Positions 26,638-38,931 are shown, counted from the stretch's first letter. The stretch is DNA of 64,000 nucleotides from Octopus sinensis (GCF_006345805.1 NC_043001.1:119970001-120034000), one strand, 5' to 3'. Notes: generated by a model from the sequence alone, not told the origin. Numbers and translations: made by a program.

Positions 26638-26785
26638 ATTCCTATGTTTTCGTCATCCAAAATTATTGGACGATTTTCCGATACGCTGCGTAAAATACAA
26701 AATTAATATAAGCAGCAGTTTGCAATGTTTCACACGCACGCACGCACGCACACACACACACCACACACACGCACACACACACACA

Positions 26786-26817
<32 letters not shown>

Positions 26818-27125
26818 TGTATACGTGCACGTATTTAAGGATGATTGTATGCGTAGATGTTCAACCGGGATTAACGTTTCAGTCAAGATGAACAAAGTAA
26901 TTCGTGTTCTTTAGTGATGTTTAGAAACTCATTTGTTTCCTTTGTTTTTCTTGCCATGTTAATATACATACACATACCATACCATACGTTAATTTCATGC
27001 GCAGGCTGTTCCGTTGATCGTATCAGCGGGGACCTTCGTCGATATATATATATATATATTTGATATGATATTATATATGGTATATGTTATGTCATATGTA
27101 TATCATATTATTTATTATCAAACAT

Positions 27126-27149
<24 letters not shown>

Positions 27150-27156
<7 letters not shown>

Positions 27157-27457
27157 ATCACGTGACCGACCAGACCATCAGATGTTGTTACACATCGCTG
27201 GTCACAATGCATTCGCATTGTTTTATCCTTCGAACGACGCCACCCCGCTGGCTAAGCGAGCAGGCCAACAGAAGAAAGAGTGGGAGAAAGTTGTGGTGAA
27301 AGAGTACAGCAGGGATCACCACCACCCCCTGCCGGAGCTTCGTGGAGCTTTTAGGTGTTTTCGCTCAATAAACACTCACGACGCCCGGCCAGAGAATCGA
27401 AACCGCGATCCTACGACCGCGAGTCCGCTGCCCTAACCACTGGGCCATTGCGCCTCC
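27150..27457 (-). mobile_element. SINE family C, GTCACGTGA-tail variant
   Basis: Near-identical to 16628-16930. Confidence 0.85.
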
Positions 27458-27458
27458 A

Positions 27459-27493
<35 letters not shown>

Positions 27494-27702
27494 TTTTCTA
27501 CATATATGTGAGCGTTTGTATGAATGTATTTATAAACACACATGTATGCAGCATTCATATGTGTGTACACACCACACACACACATATATATTTATAAAGA
27601 AGTATATTTATATATGTATATGTTTATGGATATACATGTATATAGATATGTATGTATATATGTATATACATATATGCATGCATATTTGTGTATATATATA
27701 TA

Positions 27703-27740
<38 letters not shown>

Positions 27741-28430
27741 TGCGTAGAAGCATGCATAAATGCTTACAAACATAGATACATATAACACATTCATGCATGC
27801 AAATGTGCGTGCACATATTGTGCTTTTTACAGCTGTAGCCACGATTATTCATTGAGCGTTGACAACGCATCAACACGAACATTAAGTTTGCCTACGTCAG
27901 TAAATCTTCATGGAAATAAGAAGAGAATCTAATTAGAACGGTGTAAAGCTTTGTAAGGTTGGTGTTTCTTAGCCGTTAGGAAAATAGTTGGAGAAAGAAT
28001 CATAATAGCTATAGACATTTGCATATTTTGAGATATTCCTCAAGCACACACACGAAAGAAAATAAGTGAGAGAGGGGGAGAAGTAGGGGAGAGAGTGAGA
28101 GTGGAGAAGAGGGAAGATAGCCACAGAAATGTGAGTATACATGAAAAAGAGAATTGTTAGTACTTGTCAGTCGATGTCTGAGAAAGAGACACTAGGATGC
28201 AGCCATAACAATACAATATAGAATGGGTGATGATGTGGATAGGAGTGTGGGGTAGGTGTAATGGCGGTGGTTGCGGTGGTGGTGGTGGTGGTGGTGGCCG
28301 TGGTGTAGTGGTGTAGGTGGTAATAGCGGTGGTGGTGTTTTGTGGTGGTTTCAGGCGTGATGTTGATGTTAGTCTCTCCTGACTCTTAAATGGCTACTTT
28401 GTTCTTGTTTCTATCTGTACCATTATTTCC

Positions 28431-28511
<81 letters not shown>

Positions 28512-28532
28512 ATCTATCTATCTATTTATTTG

Positions 28533-28605
<73 letters not shown>

Positions 28606-28612
28606 TTATTTG

Positions 28613-28693
<81 letters not shown>

Positions 28694-28696
28694 TTG

Positions 28697-28748
<52 letters not shown>

Positions 28749-28774
28749 CTATCTATCTATCTATCTATCTATCA

Positions 28775-28840
<66 letters not shown>
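28431..28840. repeat. (TATC)n microsatellite, ~410 bp
   Basis: Direct reading. Opposite orientation to the (GATA)n tracts starting at ~29043. Confidence 0.95.
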
Positions 28841-29060
28841 TCGCATGTTCTTCACTTCTGTAGTTTTTTCGATTGTTTTAGTTGTCACAACTAAGGTCAT
28901 GTTAAAGTACAACCTTGTATACAAGAAGAGAGAGAGAGAGAGAGTGAGAGAGAGAGAGATGCATGGGTATAAACGCATACTCACAGATACAGACAAACAG
29001 ACAGGCAGACAGACAAGCAAACAGGCAGACAAACAGACAGAAAGATAGATAGATAGATTG

Positions 29061-29297
29061 ATATGTTTCTTTATTAGCCACACAGGGCTGCACACAGATA
29101 GAACAAATTACAAGGTAGAGCTTTTCTTTTGAAGGTTTAAAAAAAAAAAAAAAAAAAAGGAGGGGGGGAGTTCGATCAAAAGGGATCGTAAAAGGAGAGA
29201 AAGAGGACAAAAAAAGGGGGGGGGGGTTAAAAAAAAAAAAAAAAGGGGGAGAGGAAAAAAAAATTGATCAATAGGGATCGTTATCACAGAAATGTCA
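29061..29297 (-). mobile_element. Tx1-like LINE copy 1 (subfamily A), 3'UTR only
   Basis: Same 3' end as copy 5. GATA repeats on both sides. Confidence 0.9.
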
Positions 29298-29357
29298 GAT
29301 AGATAGATAGATAGATAGAAAGATAGATAGACAAACAGACAGATAGATAGATAGATT

Positions 29358-29394
<37 letters not shown>

Positions 29395-29395
29395 G

Positions 29396-29430
<35 letters not shown>

Positions 29431-29446
29431 GTAGATAGGTAGATAG

Positions 29447-30312
29447 ATATGTTTCTTTATTAGCCACACAGGGCTGCACACAGATAGAACAAATTACAAG
29501 GTAGAGCTTTTCTTTTGAAGGTTTAAAAAAAAAAAAAAAAAGGAAGGGGGAGTTTCGATCAAAAGGGATCGTAAAAGGAGAGAAAGAGGACAAAAAAAGG
29601 GGGTTTAAAAAAAAAAAAAAGGGGGAGAGGGAAAAAAAAAAAAAAAAATTGATCAATGGGATCGATATCACAGAAATGTCATATGAAGTGTTAAGGGGAG
29701 GACAGGTGAGGTTTACCCGTGGAAGAAAAGCCTACGGAAAAGACCACGGTAACCTCGGTCAATGAAGTCACATTTTATATTTCTTTTTTTTTTTTTTTTT
29801 TTTGCAAATAGCACTCTCTGTTTCGATTTCTGGGTTCATAGGACTATGCTCAAGGTGGATTCGTCATTCATACGTGCCATTCTTGCTACATTCACCATCT
29901 TTTTTTAAAACATTCGCTAGACAAAACTTGCCTCTCTACTCTCACTTTCCTTTTCAAGTGGTACTTGAAAAAGTTGATGAGAGATTGACCAGAGAGGAAG
30001 TGTTTGTCTCCAATCCTTTCAGACGCGTCCACCAGATACATTCTTTCGCCATAGCCACAAGGATGATGAAAATAAGCTCTTCCTTCCCGTTTGAAGGAAG
30101 GAGGTGTGACAATATTGACGATAGACTCAAGCGAAAACCGACTCGTCCCACACGTGACAGCAAGTTGTTCGACATAAGCCCCAGGTCGGAAATTGTTGGA
30201 CACTGAACGAGTGCGTGCAGAACGGTTTCGTCGCTCTGACCGCATCTCGGGCAGGTCGGCCCCGTGTTCTCGAGCCGTGTCTGTAGAGCTTATCCCGAAC
30301 GGGTGCGCTTCG
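29447..30312 (-). mobile_element. Tx1-like LINE copy 2 (A), 5'-truncated
   Basis: 3'UTR plus the ORF2 C-terminus. GATA-flanked. Confidence 0.9.
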
Positions 30313-30388
30313 CAGATATATATAGATAGATAGATAGATAGGTAGGTAGATAGATAGATAGATAGATAGTAGATAGATAGATAGATAG

Positions 30389-31498
30389 ATATGTTTCTTT
30401 ATTAGCCACACAGGGCTGCACACAGATAGAACAATTACAGGTAGAGCTTTTCTTTTGAAGGTATTAAAAAAAAAAAAAAAAAAAGGAAGGGGGAGGTTCG
30501 ATCAAAAGGGATCGTAAAAGGAGAGAAAGAGGACAAAAATAAGGGGGGTTAAAAAAACAAAAAAAAAAAAAAGGGGAGGGGGGGGGGAGAGGGAAAAAAA
30601 AAATGATCAATAGGGATCGTTATCACAGAAATGTCAATATGAAGTGTAAAGGGGAGGACAGGTGAGGTTACCCGTGAAAGAAAAGCCTGCGGAAAAGACC
30701 ACGGTAACCTCGGTCAATGAAGTCACATTTATATTTCTTTTTTTTTTTTTTTTTTTTTGAAAATAAGCAACTCTCTGTTTCGATTTCTGGGTTCATAGGA
30801 CTATGCTCAGGTGGCTTCGTCATTCATACGTGCCATTCTTGCTACATTCACCCATCTTTTTTTAAAACATTCGCTAGACAAAACTTGCCTCTCTACTCTC
30901 ACTTTCCTTTTCAAGTGGTACTTGAAGAAGTTGATGAGAGATTGACCAGAGAGGAAAGTGTTTGTCTCCATCCTTTCAGACGCGTCCACCAGTACTTCTT
31001 TCTTTCGCATAGCCACAAGGATGATGAAAATAGCTCTTCCTTCCCGTTTGAAGGAAGGAGGCGTGACAATATTGACGATAGACTCAGCTGATAAACCGAC
31101 TCGTCCCACACGTGACAGCAGTTGTTCGACATAAGCCCACAGGTCGGAAATTGTTGACACTGAACGAGTGCGTGCAGAACGGTTTCGTCGCTCTGACCGC
31201 ATCTCGGGCAGGTCGGCCCCGTGTTTCTCTCGAGCCGTGTCTGTAGAGCTTATCCCGAACGGGTAGCGCTTCTCGGTAGCACTGCCAGGCCAGGGATCTC
31301 TGGAATTTTCCATGGGCCCTGGCCCGAAAGTCGTCCCGAACAGGCGGGTCAGGTACTCCTCGTCGACTCCAGGTTCGCCCCGAGCTCGTCGTCGTACCTC
31401 CCCTCCACTAAACCCCTATAGAATGCTTTGGTTGTGTTGAAGTCACTTAAGGTCGACCCAGGACGGCAGAGTTGCTTGAGAGCAACGCGACACTCGCG
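30389..31498 (-). mobile_element. Tx1-like LINE copy 3 (A), 5'-truncated
   Basis: As above, extending further into ORF2. Confidence 0.9.
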
Positions 31499-31564
31499 AT
31501 AGATAGATAGATAGAGATAGATAGTAGATAGATAGATAGATAGATAAATTGATAGATAGATAGG

Positions 31565-31619
<55 letters not shown>

Positions 31620-31623
<4 letters not shown>

Positions 31624-32760
31624 CTTTCTTTTATTAGCCACACAGTGCTGAAAACAGAGGGGACAAATACAAATGCAGAGCTTTTCTTTCGAGGGTGGAA
31701 AAAAAAAAAAATGTAAGATTGCGATCAAAAGGGATCGAGGGAGGAAAAAAAAAGGAAAAAAAAAGAAAATCGTGTATCACAGAAATAATGGTGTAAACAT
31801 TGATATAACAAGATTGGTTTCATCCGTGGGAAGAAAAGCCTACAGAAAAGACCACGGGAACTCCAGTCAGGAGGAAATAAACACATGAGGTCAAAATGCT
31901 CTCTTTCTTTCTTTTTTTTTACGATCTACAGGATCATGCCTCAAAATGGTTTCGTTACTAGCACGCACCATCTTTGCAACATTCACCCATCTTTTTTTGA
32001 ATCTTTCGCGAGACAAAACTTCCTCTCCATTCTCACCTTCCTTTTCAGTGCTGTACTTGAAAAAGTTGATGAGCGATGGGCCAGAGAGGTATTGTTTGTC
32101 TCTAATCCTTTCGCTCGAGTCCACCACACACATTTTTTTCACCATGGCCACCAGTACGATGAAAACTGCCTTGCCTTCCCGGTTGAGGGAAGGGGGCGGA
32201 GCAATTCTCACGATAGACTCGGCCGATAGGCGGATTCGTCCCACACTGACAGCAGCCGTTCGGCATAAGCCCACAGTCTGAAATGGTTGGACATTGCACG
32301 AGTGCGTGCAGAACGGTTTCGTCGCTCTGACCGCATCTCGGGCAAGTCGGTCCAGTGTGTCTGGAACCGTGTCTGTAGAGCTTATCCCGAACAGGTAATG
32401 CTTCTCGATAGCACTGCCAGGCCAGGGATCTTTGGTGATTTGTTCATAGGTCCCGGCCCGAAAGTTGTCCTGAACAGGCGGGTCAGGTGTTCCTCGTCGA
32501 CGCCCAGACTCTGCCCGAGTTCGTCGTCGCACCTCCCCTCCACTAATCCTCTATAGAATGCCTTGTTGTGATGGAGTCGCACAAGTTCGATCCCGGACGG
32601 CATAGTTGCTTGAGAGCAACGCGACACTCTCGCGGTGCCATTCGCCTAGCCTCGGTCTCTGCTTGATCCATGACTGTAGTTCGTCCAAGGAAAAGCTGCG
32701 GGAAAGCGCGCCGCACAAAGGCGACCACCCCTGTTCACCGTTGTCTATGAAGCGCCGGAG
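31620..32760 (-). mobile_element. Tx1-like LINE copy 4 (divergent subfamily B), 5'-truncated
   Basis: Homologous C-terminus (SLAWQCYREALPVRDKL, CPRCGQSDETVLHALVQCP) with many substitutions and a different 3'UTR. Same GATA junction register. Confidence 0.9.
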
Positions 32761-32874
32761 ATAGATAGATAGATAGATAGATAGGTAGATAATAGATAGA
32801 TAGAAGATAGATAGATAGGTAGGTAGATAGGTAGATTAGATAGATATATAGATAGATGATAATAGGTAGATAGG

Positions 32875-32925
<51 letters not shown>

Positions 32926-32956
32926 GTAGATAGATAGATAGATAGATAGATAGATT

Positions 32957-32985
<29 letters not shown>

Positions 32986-32988
<3 letters not shown>

Positions 32989-35900
32989 TGTTTCTTTATT
33001 AGCCACACAGGGCTGCACACAGATAGAACAAATTACAAGGTAGAGCTTTTCTTTTGAAGGTTTAAAAAAAAAAAAAAAAAAAAGAAGGGGGAGTTTCGAT
33101 CAAAAGGGATCGTAAAAGGAGAGAAAGAGGACAAAAAAAGGGGGGTTAAAAAAAAGGGGGAGAGGAAGACAAAAAAGAGAAAAAAAAAAAAAAATTGATC
33201 AATAGGGATCGTTATCACAGAAATGTCAATATGAAGTGTAAAGGGGAGGACAGGTGAGGTTTACCCGTGGAAAGAAAAGCCTACGGAAAAGACCACGGTA
33301 ACCTCGGTCAATGGAGTCACATGTTATATTTCTTTTTTTTTTTTTTTTTGCAAATAAGCAACTCTCTGTTTTCAATTTCTGGGTTCATAGGATCATGCTC
33401 AAGGTGGCTTCGTCATTCATACGTGCCATTCTTGCTACATTCACCCATCTTTTTTTAAAACATTCGCTAGACAAAACTTGCCTCTCTACTCTCACTTTCC
33501 TTTTCAAGTGGTACTTGAAGAAGTTGATGAGATTGACCAGAGAGGAAAGTGTTTGTCTCCAATCCTTTCAGACGCGTCCACCAGATACATTCTTTCGCCA
33601 TAGCCACAAGGATGATGAAAATAGCTCTTCCTTCCCGTTTGAAGGAGGGAGGCGTGACAATATTAACGATAGACTCAGCTGATAAACCGACTCGTCCCAC
33701 ACGTGACAGCAGTTGTTCGACATAAGCCCACAGGTCGGAAATTGTTGGACACTGAACGAGTGCGTGCAGAACGGTTTCGTCGCTCTGACCGCATCTCGGG
33801 CAGGTCGGCCCCGTGTTTCTCGAGCCGTGTCTGTAGAGCTTATCCCGAACGGGTAGCGCTTCTCGGTAGCACTGCCAGGCCAGGGATCTCTGGAAGTTGT
33901 CCATGGGCCCTGGCCCAAAGTCGTCCTGAACAGGCGGGTCAGGTACTCCTCGTCGACGTCCAGGTTCGCCCCGAGCTCGTCGTCGTACCTCCCCTCCACT
34001 AACCCCCTATAGAATGCTTTGGTTGTGTTGAAGTCACTCAAGGTCGACCCAGGACGGCAGAGTTGCTTGAGAGCAACGCGACACTCGCGTTGCCATTCGC
34101 CCTTCTCGGCCTCTTTTTGATCCACGACTGCAGTTCGGTCATGGAGACGAGCTGCGGGAAAGCGTGCCTCACAAACGGCGACCACGCCTGTTCACCGTCG
34201 TCTACATAGAGCCAGAGATGTCGCAGTCTCAGCGCGTGTCTGCGCATCATCAACCACGGCATGCCCAGCCCTCCTTTTAACGGGTGTTGACAGCAAATGG
34301 ATCGCCTGACCATCGGGACGCATCCTTTCCACAAGAAGCGAAAGAGAATGCGTTGTAGTTTGGTGATGGTAGGGTCGGGACAAGGTACGACGGTCAGGCG
34401 GTAGTAGATGACGGACGCGATGTACGTGTTCGCCACCTGCGCCCGACCTTTTAGGGACAGTTTCCTCTCGGCCCATTGCCGGGCGAGAGTGACCACCCTA
34501 CTCGTTATCTCGTTCCAGTTCTTCTCCACTTGGCGGTCCGGACCAAACCAGACCCCGAGCAACTCAACCGGGCCGTCGGTCCAGCGTCCCACGACGGAGG
34601 CGCTGGTGGACGGCATGGGCTTGCTTCTCCAGGTGCCTAGTCGCAAGCCCACTGACTTTTCCCGGTGATTTTCGCTCCTGTCACCGCTTCGTAGTTTTTC
34701 AGTGTCTCGCCGACCTGCTCGATATGCTCGTGGCTAGACACTATGACGGTGACGTCGTCCGCGTATGCAGACACGCTCGTCCCGCATCCCAGTTCTCGCG
34801 GGATGCCTCTCAAGGTTGCCAGCTTCCGCAATAATGGCTCGAGAGTCAATACGTATAGAAGCGCCGAGAGGGGGCATCCCTGACGGACCGAACGTGCGAT
34901 GTCGAAGGGTCTTGATAGATGTCCATTCACGCGAATTACCGAACGGATGCCTCTGTACAAAGCGGTATCCAGCCGCGGAAGACGGGACCGAAGCCAGCCG
35001 CTCCGAGGACCGCCTCCAAGTATCGATGGTCCACCCTATCGAAAGCTTTCGATTGATCCAAATTGATCAGCGCCCCACCCATGCCAGGTTCGTTAACTAC
35101 CCTGTCTATGATGTAGCGCATCAGGTGGAGGTTGTCATGGATGGTCCGGCCTGGCACGGCGCATGTTGCGCCTTGTCGACCAGTTTTCTCGATGACAAGC
35201 GCCAACCTCTTGGCTAGCACCTTGGCCAAAATTTTCAAGTCTGCATTAAGCAGAGTGATGGGCCTAAAGTTATCTATTACATTTCCCTTGTTTAGATCTT
35301 TCTTCAGCAGTGTTACGGCTCCTCGGCTCACAAAACCAGGAATGCTCCCGTTTTGCTGCCAGTTGCAGTACACCGCCGCCAAGAGATCTCCAAACAAGTC
35401 TGGCATACAATTGTAAAGCTCGTAGGGTAGACCATCCAAACCCGGTGATTTGTCCCTCGAGCATTCTGCCATCGCTTCCCGCACTTCCGCCGCCGTGATG
35501 GCACCTTCGCAGCACCCTGCCTTTCTTGTCGAGAGTCGTGGTAGGCTATGTAGGTAGGCACTGAAGTCCATCCTACGTTCTTGCCCCCCACTCGTTCCGA
35601 ACAGTCGGGCAAAATGCTGCTGAAAGGCCTCACACATTTTACTTGGCTCGAGCAATTCGCGCCCCTGTTCATCTACCAGTGACCGAATGGTGGCTTTGTT
35701 GCCCTGTTGCGCCTCTGCCACCCGGGCCTCTCTCGCGGCTCCAACACCTTCGTTCCTTAGAGCACGCATCCTAGCTCTGACAGCACATCCTTCGTGTTTG
35801 GCGTTGAAGTGTTGGTCGAGGGCCAACCTCGCCGCCAAAACGTCGGATGCGATGCCGCTTCTAATTGCCTCTTCTAGCTTCTTAACTAGCTCACCCTCTA

Positions 35901-36884
35901 CTCTATTTCTATCTATGGCTAGTGCTTTGCTGTACCTAATCGCTTCTGCTTTTACTGCTCTCTTGAGGGCAAACCACCATTTGTTGTTGATGATGGCTCC
36001 CGTCAAAGCCCTCTTTACTAGTGTGCTAATCCGGTCTCTGAAAACTTGTCTCGATGGGAAAGACGCGTTTAGTTTCCAGTATCCGGGACCCTGCCTAAGT
36101 GTCTTACCTAAGTCTAGCGTACATGTCACAAGTTTGTGATCCGTGTAGCTGACTATGTGGAATTGTGGACATCCTATGCTATCTCTATCTACTGTCCTAC
36201 ACAGTATCCTATCTAGATACGATCTCGACGACCCGATGCGGTTGCTCCATGTCCACGTTGGCGCATTCGGGTGGTCTAGTCGGAACCTGTCAGACAGTTG
36301 AAAGCGTCTGAGCAGGTCTCTGAGGCATTTGCATCCCCGTCTATTCCTATCTCTACCCACGTAGTCTACATGCGTGTCCAAGGTAGCATTCCAATCCCCC
36401 ACTAAGAGTAAAGGACGAGACGTTCCCAAGAAAACTTCTAGACGTTGAAGGAAATACGCCCGACCTGTTAAGGGCGGTGCGTAAACTGATACGAGTCGAA
36501 AAGCGCATCCATTGCTGCCGTCGACATCCAGGACGACCAGTCTACCCTCCGGGTCTACGAATATTGTCCTTACTTTGAGATCCAGACTCTTGTCAAAAAG
36601 TACCGCGGTGCCACTACCGCCCATTCTCGGCAGACAGGGGGAAAAATAAATGTTGAACTGTCCGCCAAACATGGTCTTTAGGGCCCGCGGATTGTGGAGT
36701 CTGGTCTCGCTTATGGCTATGATTTCTAACTTATGTGACTTTATGTCATTTAAGAGGTACCCTTGTTTCCAAGGGGACCCCAAGCCACGCGCATTTACAC
36801 AACCAATCTTGATCATAGTTCTAATGAATTAGAATACAGAGGGTTACTTACTGCTCGAAAGTTTTTGCGCAGTAAGTAACCCTC
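32986..36884 (-). mobile_element. Tx1-like LINE copy 5 (A), 3.9 kb, whole ORF2
   Basis: Complete APE-RT-CCHC ORF2, 3'UTR with AATAAA, no poly(A), GATA repeats on both sides. Confidence 0.95.
33385..36816 (-). CDS. L1/Tx1-clade ORF2 (AP endonuclease, reverse transcriptase, CCHC finger), ~1140 codons, split by a few small indels
   Basis: APE: CVNARGL, AISETRL, VSVYAP, VGDWNA, SYLDRIL, TDHKLV. Linker: GPGYWKLN. RT: KSPGLDG, FRPITLLNADLKILAK, DQSKAFDRV, RQGCPLS, YADD. C-terminus: CPRCGQSDETVLHALVQC. Confidence 0.92.
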
Positions 36885-36894
36885 AGATAGATAG

Positions 36895-36968
36895 ATATGT
36901 TTCTTTATTAGCCACACAGGGCTGCACACAGATAGAACAAATTACAAGGTAGAGCTTTTCTTTTGAAG

Positions 36969-37002
<34 letters not shown>

Positions 37003-38718
37003 AGGGGGAGTTTCGATCAAAAGGGATCGTAAAAGGAGAGAAGAGGACAAAAAAAAGGGGGGTTAAAAAAAAAAAAAAAAAAAAACGGGGAGGAGGGAGA
37101 GGAAAAAAAATTGATCAATAAGGATCGTTATCACAGAAATGTCAATATGAAGTGTAAAGGGGAGGACAGGTGAGGTTTACCGTGGAAAGAAAAGCCTGCG
37201 GAAAAGACCACGGTAACCTCGGTCAATGAAGTCACATTTTATATTCTTTTTTTTTTTTTTTTGCAAATAAGCAACTCTCTGTTTTCGATTTCGGGTTCAT
37301 AGGACTATGCTCAAGGTGGATTCGTCATTCATACGTGCCATTCTTGCTACATTCACCCATCTTTTTTTAAAACATTCGCTAGACAAAACTTGCCTCTCTA
37401 CTCTCACTTTCCTTTTCAAGTGGTACTTGAAGAAGTTGATGAGAGATTGACCAGAGAGGAAAGTGTTTGTCTCCAATCCTTTCAGACGCGTCCACCAGAT
37501 ACATTCTTTCGCCATAGCCACAAGGATGATGAAAATAGCTCTTCCTTCCCGTTTGAAGGAAGGAGGCGTGACAATATTGACGATAGACTCAGCTGATAAA
37601 CCGACTCGTCCCACACGTGACAGCAGTTGTTCGACATAAGCCCACAGGTCGGAAATTGTTGGACACTGAACGAGTGCGTGCAGAACGGTTTCGTCGCTCT
37701 GACCGCATCTCGGGCAGGTCGGCCCCGTGTTTCTCGAGCCGTGTCTGTAGAGCTTATCCCGAACGGGTAGCGCTTCTCGGTAGCACTGCCAGGCCAGGGA
37801 TCTCTGGAAGTTGTCCATGGGCCCTGGCCCGCGAAAGTCGTCCCGAACAGGCGGGTCAGGTACTCCTCGTCGACGTCCAGGTTCACCCCGAGCTCGTCGT
37901 CGTACCTCCCTCCACTAAACCCCTATAGAATGCTTTGGTTGTGTTGAAGTCACTTAAGGTCGACCCAGGACGGCAGAGTTGCTTGAGAGCAACGCGACAC
38001 TCGCGGTGCCATTCGCCCTTCCTCGGCCTCTTTTTGATCACGACTGCAGTTCGGTCATGGAGACGAGCTGCGGGAAAGCGTGCCTCACAAACGGCGACCA
38101 CACCTGTTCACCGTCGTCTACATAGAGCCAGAGATGTCGCAGTCTCAGCGGTGTCTGCGCATCATCAACCACGGCATGCCCAGCCCTCCTTTTAACGGGT
38201 GTTGACAGCAAATGGATCGCCTGACCATCGGGACGCATCCTTTCCACAAGAAGCGAAAGAGGATGCGTTGTAGTTTGGTGATGGTAGGGTCGGGACAAGG
38301 TACGACGGTCAGGCGGTAGTAGATGACGGACGCGATGTACGTGTTCGCCACCTCCGCCCGACCTTTTAGGGACAGTTTCCTCTCGGCCCATTGCCGGGCG
38401 AGAGTGACCACCCTACTCGTTATCTCGTTCCAGTTCTTCTCCACTTGGAGGTCCGGACCAAACCAGACCCCGAGCAACTCAACCGGGCCGTCGGTCCAGC
38501 GTCCCACGACGGAGGCGCTGGTGGACGGCATGGGCTTGCTTCTCCAGGTGCCTAGTCGCAAGCCCACTGACTTTTCCCGGTTGATTTTCGCTCCTGTCAC
38601 CGCTTCGTAGTTTTTCAGTGTCTCGCCGACCAGCTCGATGTGCTCGTGGCTAGACACTATGACGGTGACGTCGTCCGCGTATGCAGACACGCTCGTCCCG
38701 CATCCCAATTCTCGCGGG
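36895..38718 (-). mobile_element. Tx1-like LINE copy 6 (A), truncated just upstream of YADD
   Basis: Near-identical to copy 5 over ~1.8 kb. GAT microhomology at the 5' junction. Confidence 0.92.
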
Positions 38719-38731
38719 ATAGATAGGTAGG

Positions 38732-38766
<35 letters not shown>

Positions 38767-38771
38767 GTAGG

Positions 38772-38804
<33 letters not shown>

Positions 38805-38819
38805 TGATAGATAGATAGG

Positions 38820-38862
<43 letters not shown>

Positions 38863-38931
38863 GTATGTAGATAGATAGATAGATAGATAGATATATAGAT
38901 AGATAGATAGTCAGACAGACAGACAGATAGA

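Noticed and set aside
34408-36832. Plus-strand and alternate-frame ORFs over the Tx1 copies
   Set aside because: Shadow ORFs of GC-rich LINE coding sequence.
29061-38718. CRISPR-like or satellite interpretation of the recurring TTTCTTTATTAGCCACACAG block
   Set aside because: The units are LINE 3' ends with nested homologous bodies of 0.2-3.9 kb. There are no unique spacers or cas genes, and the context is eukaryotic.
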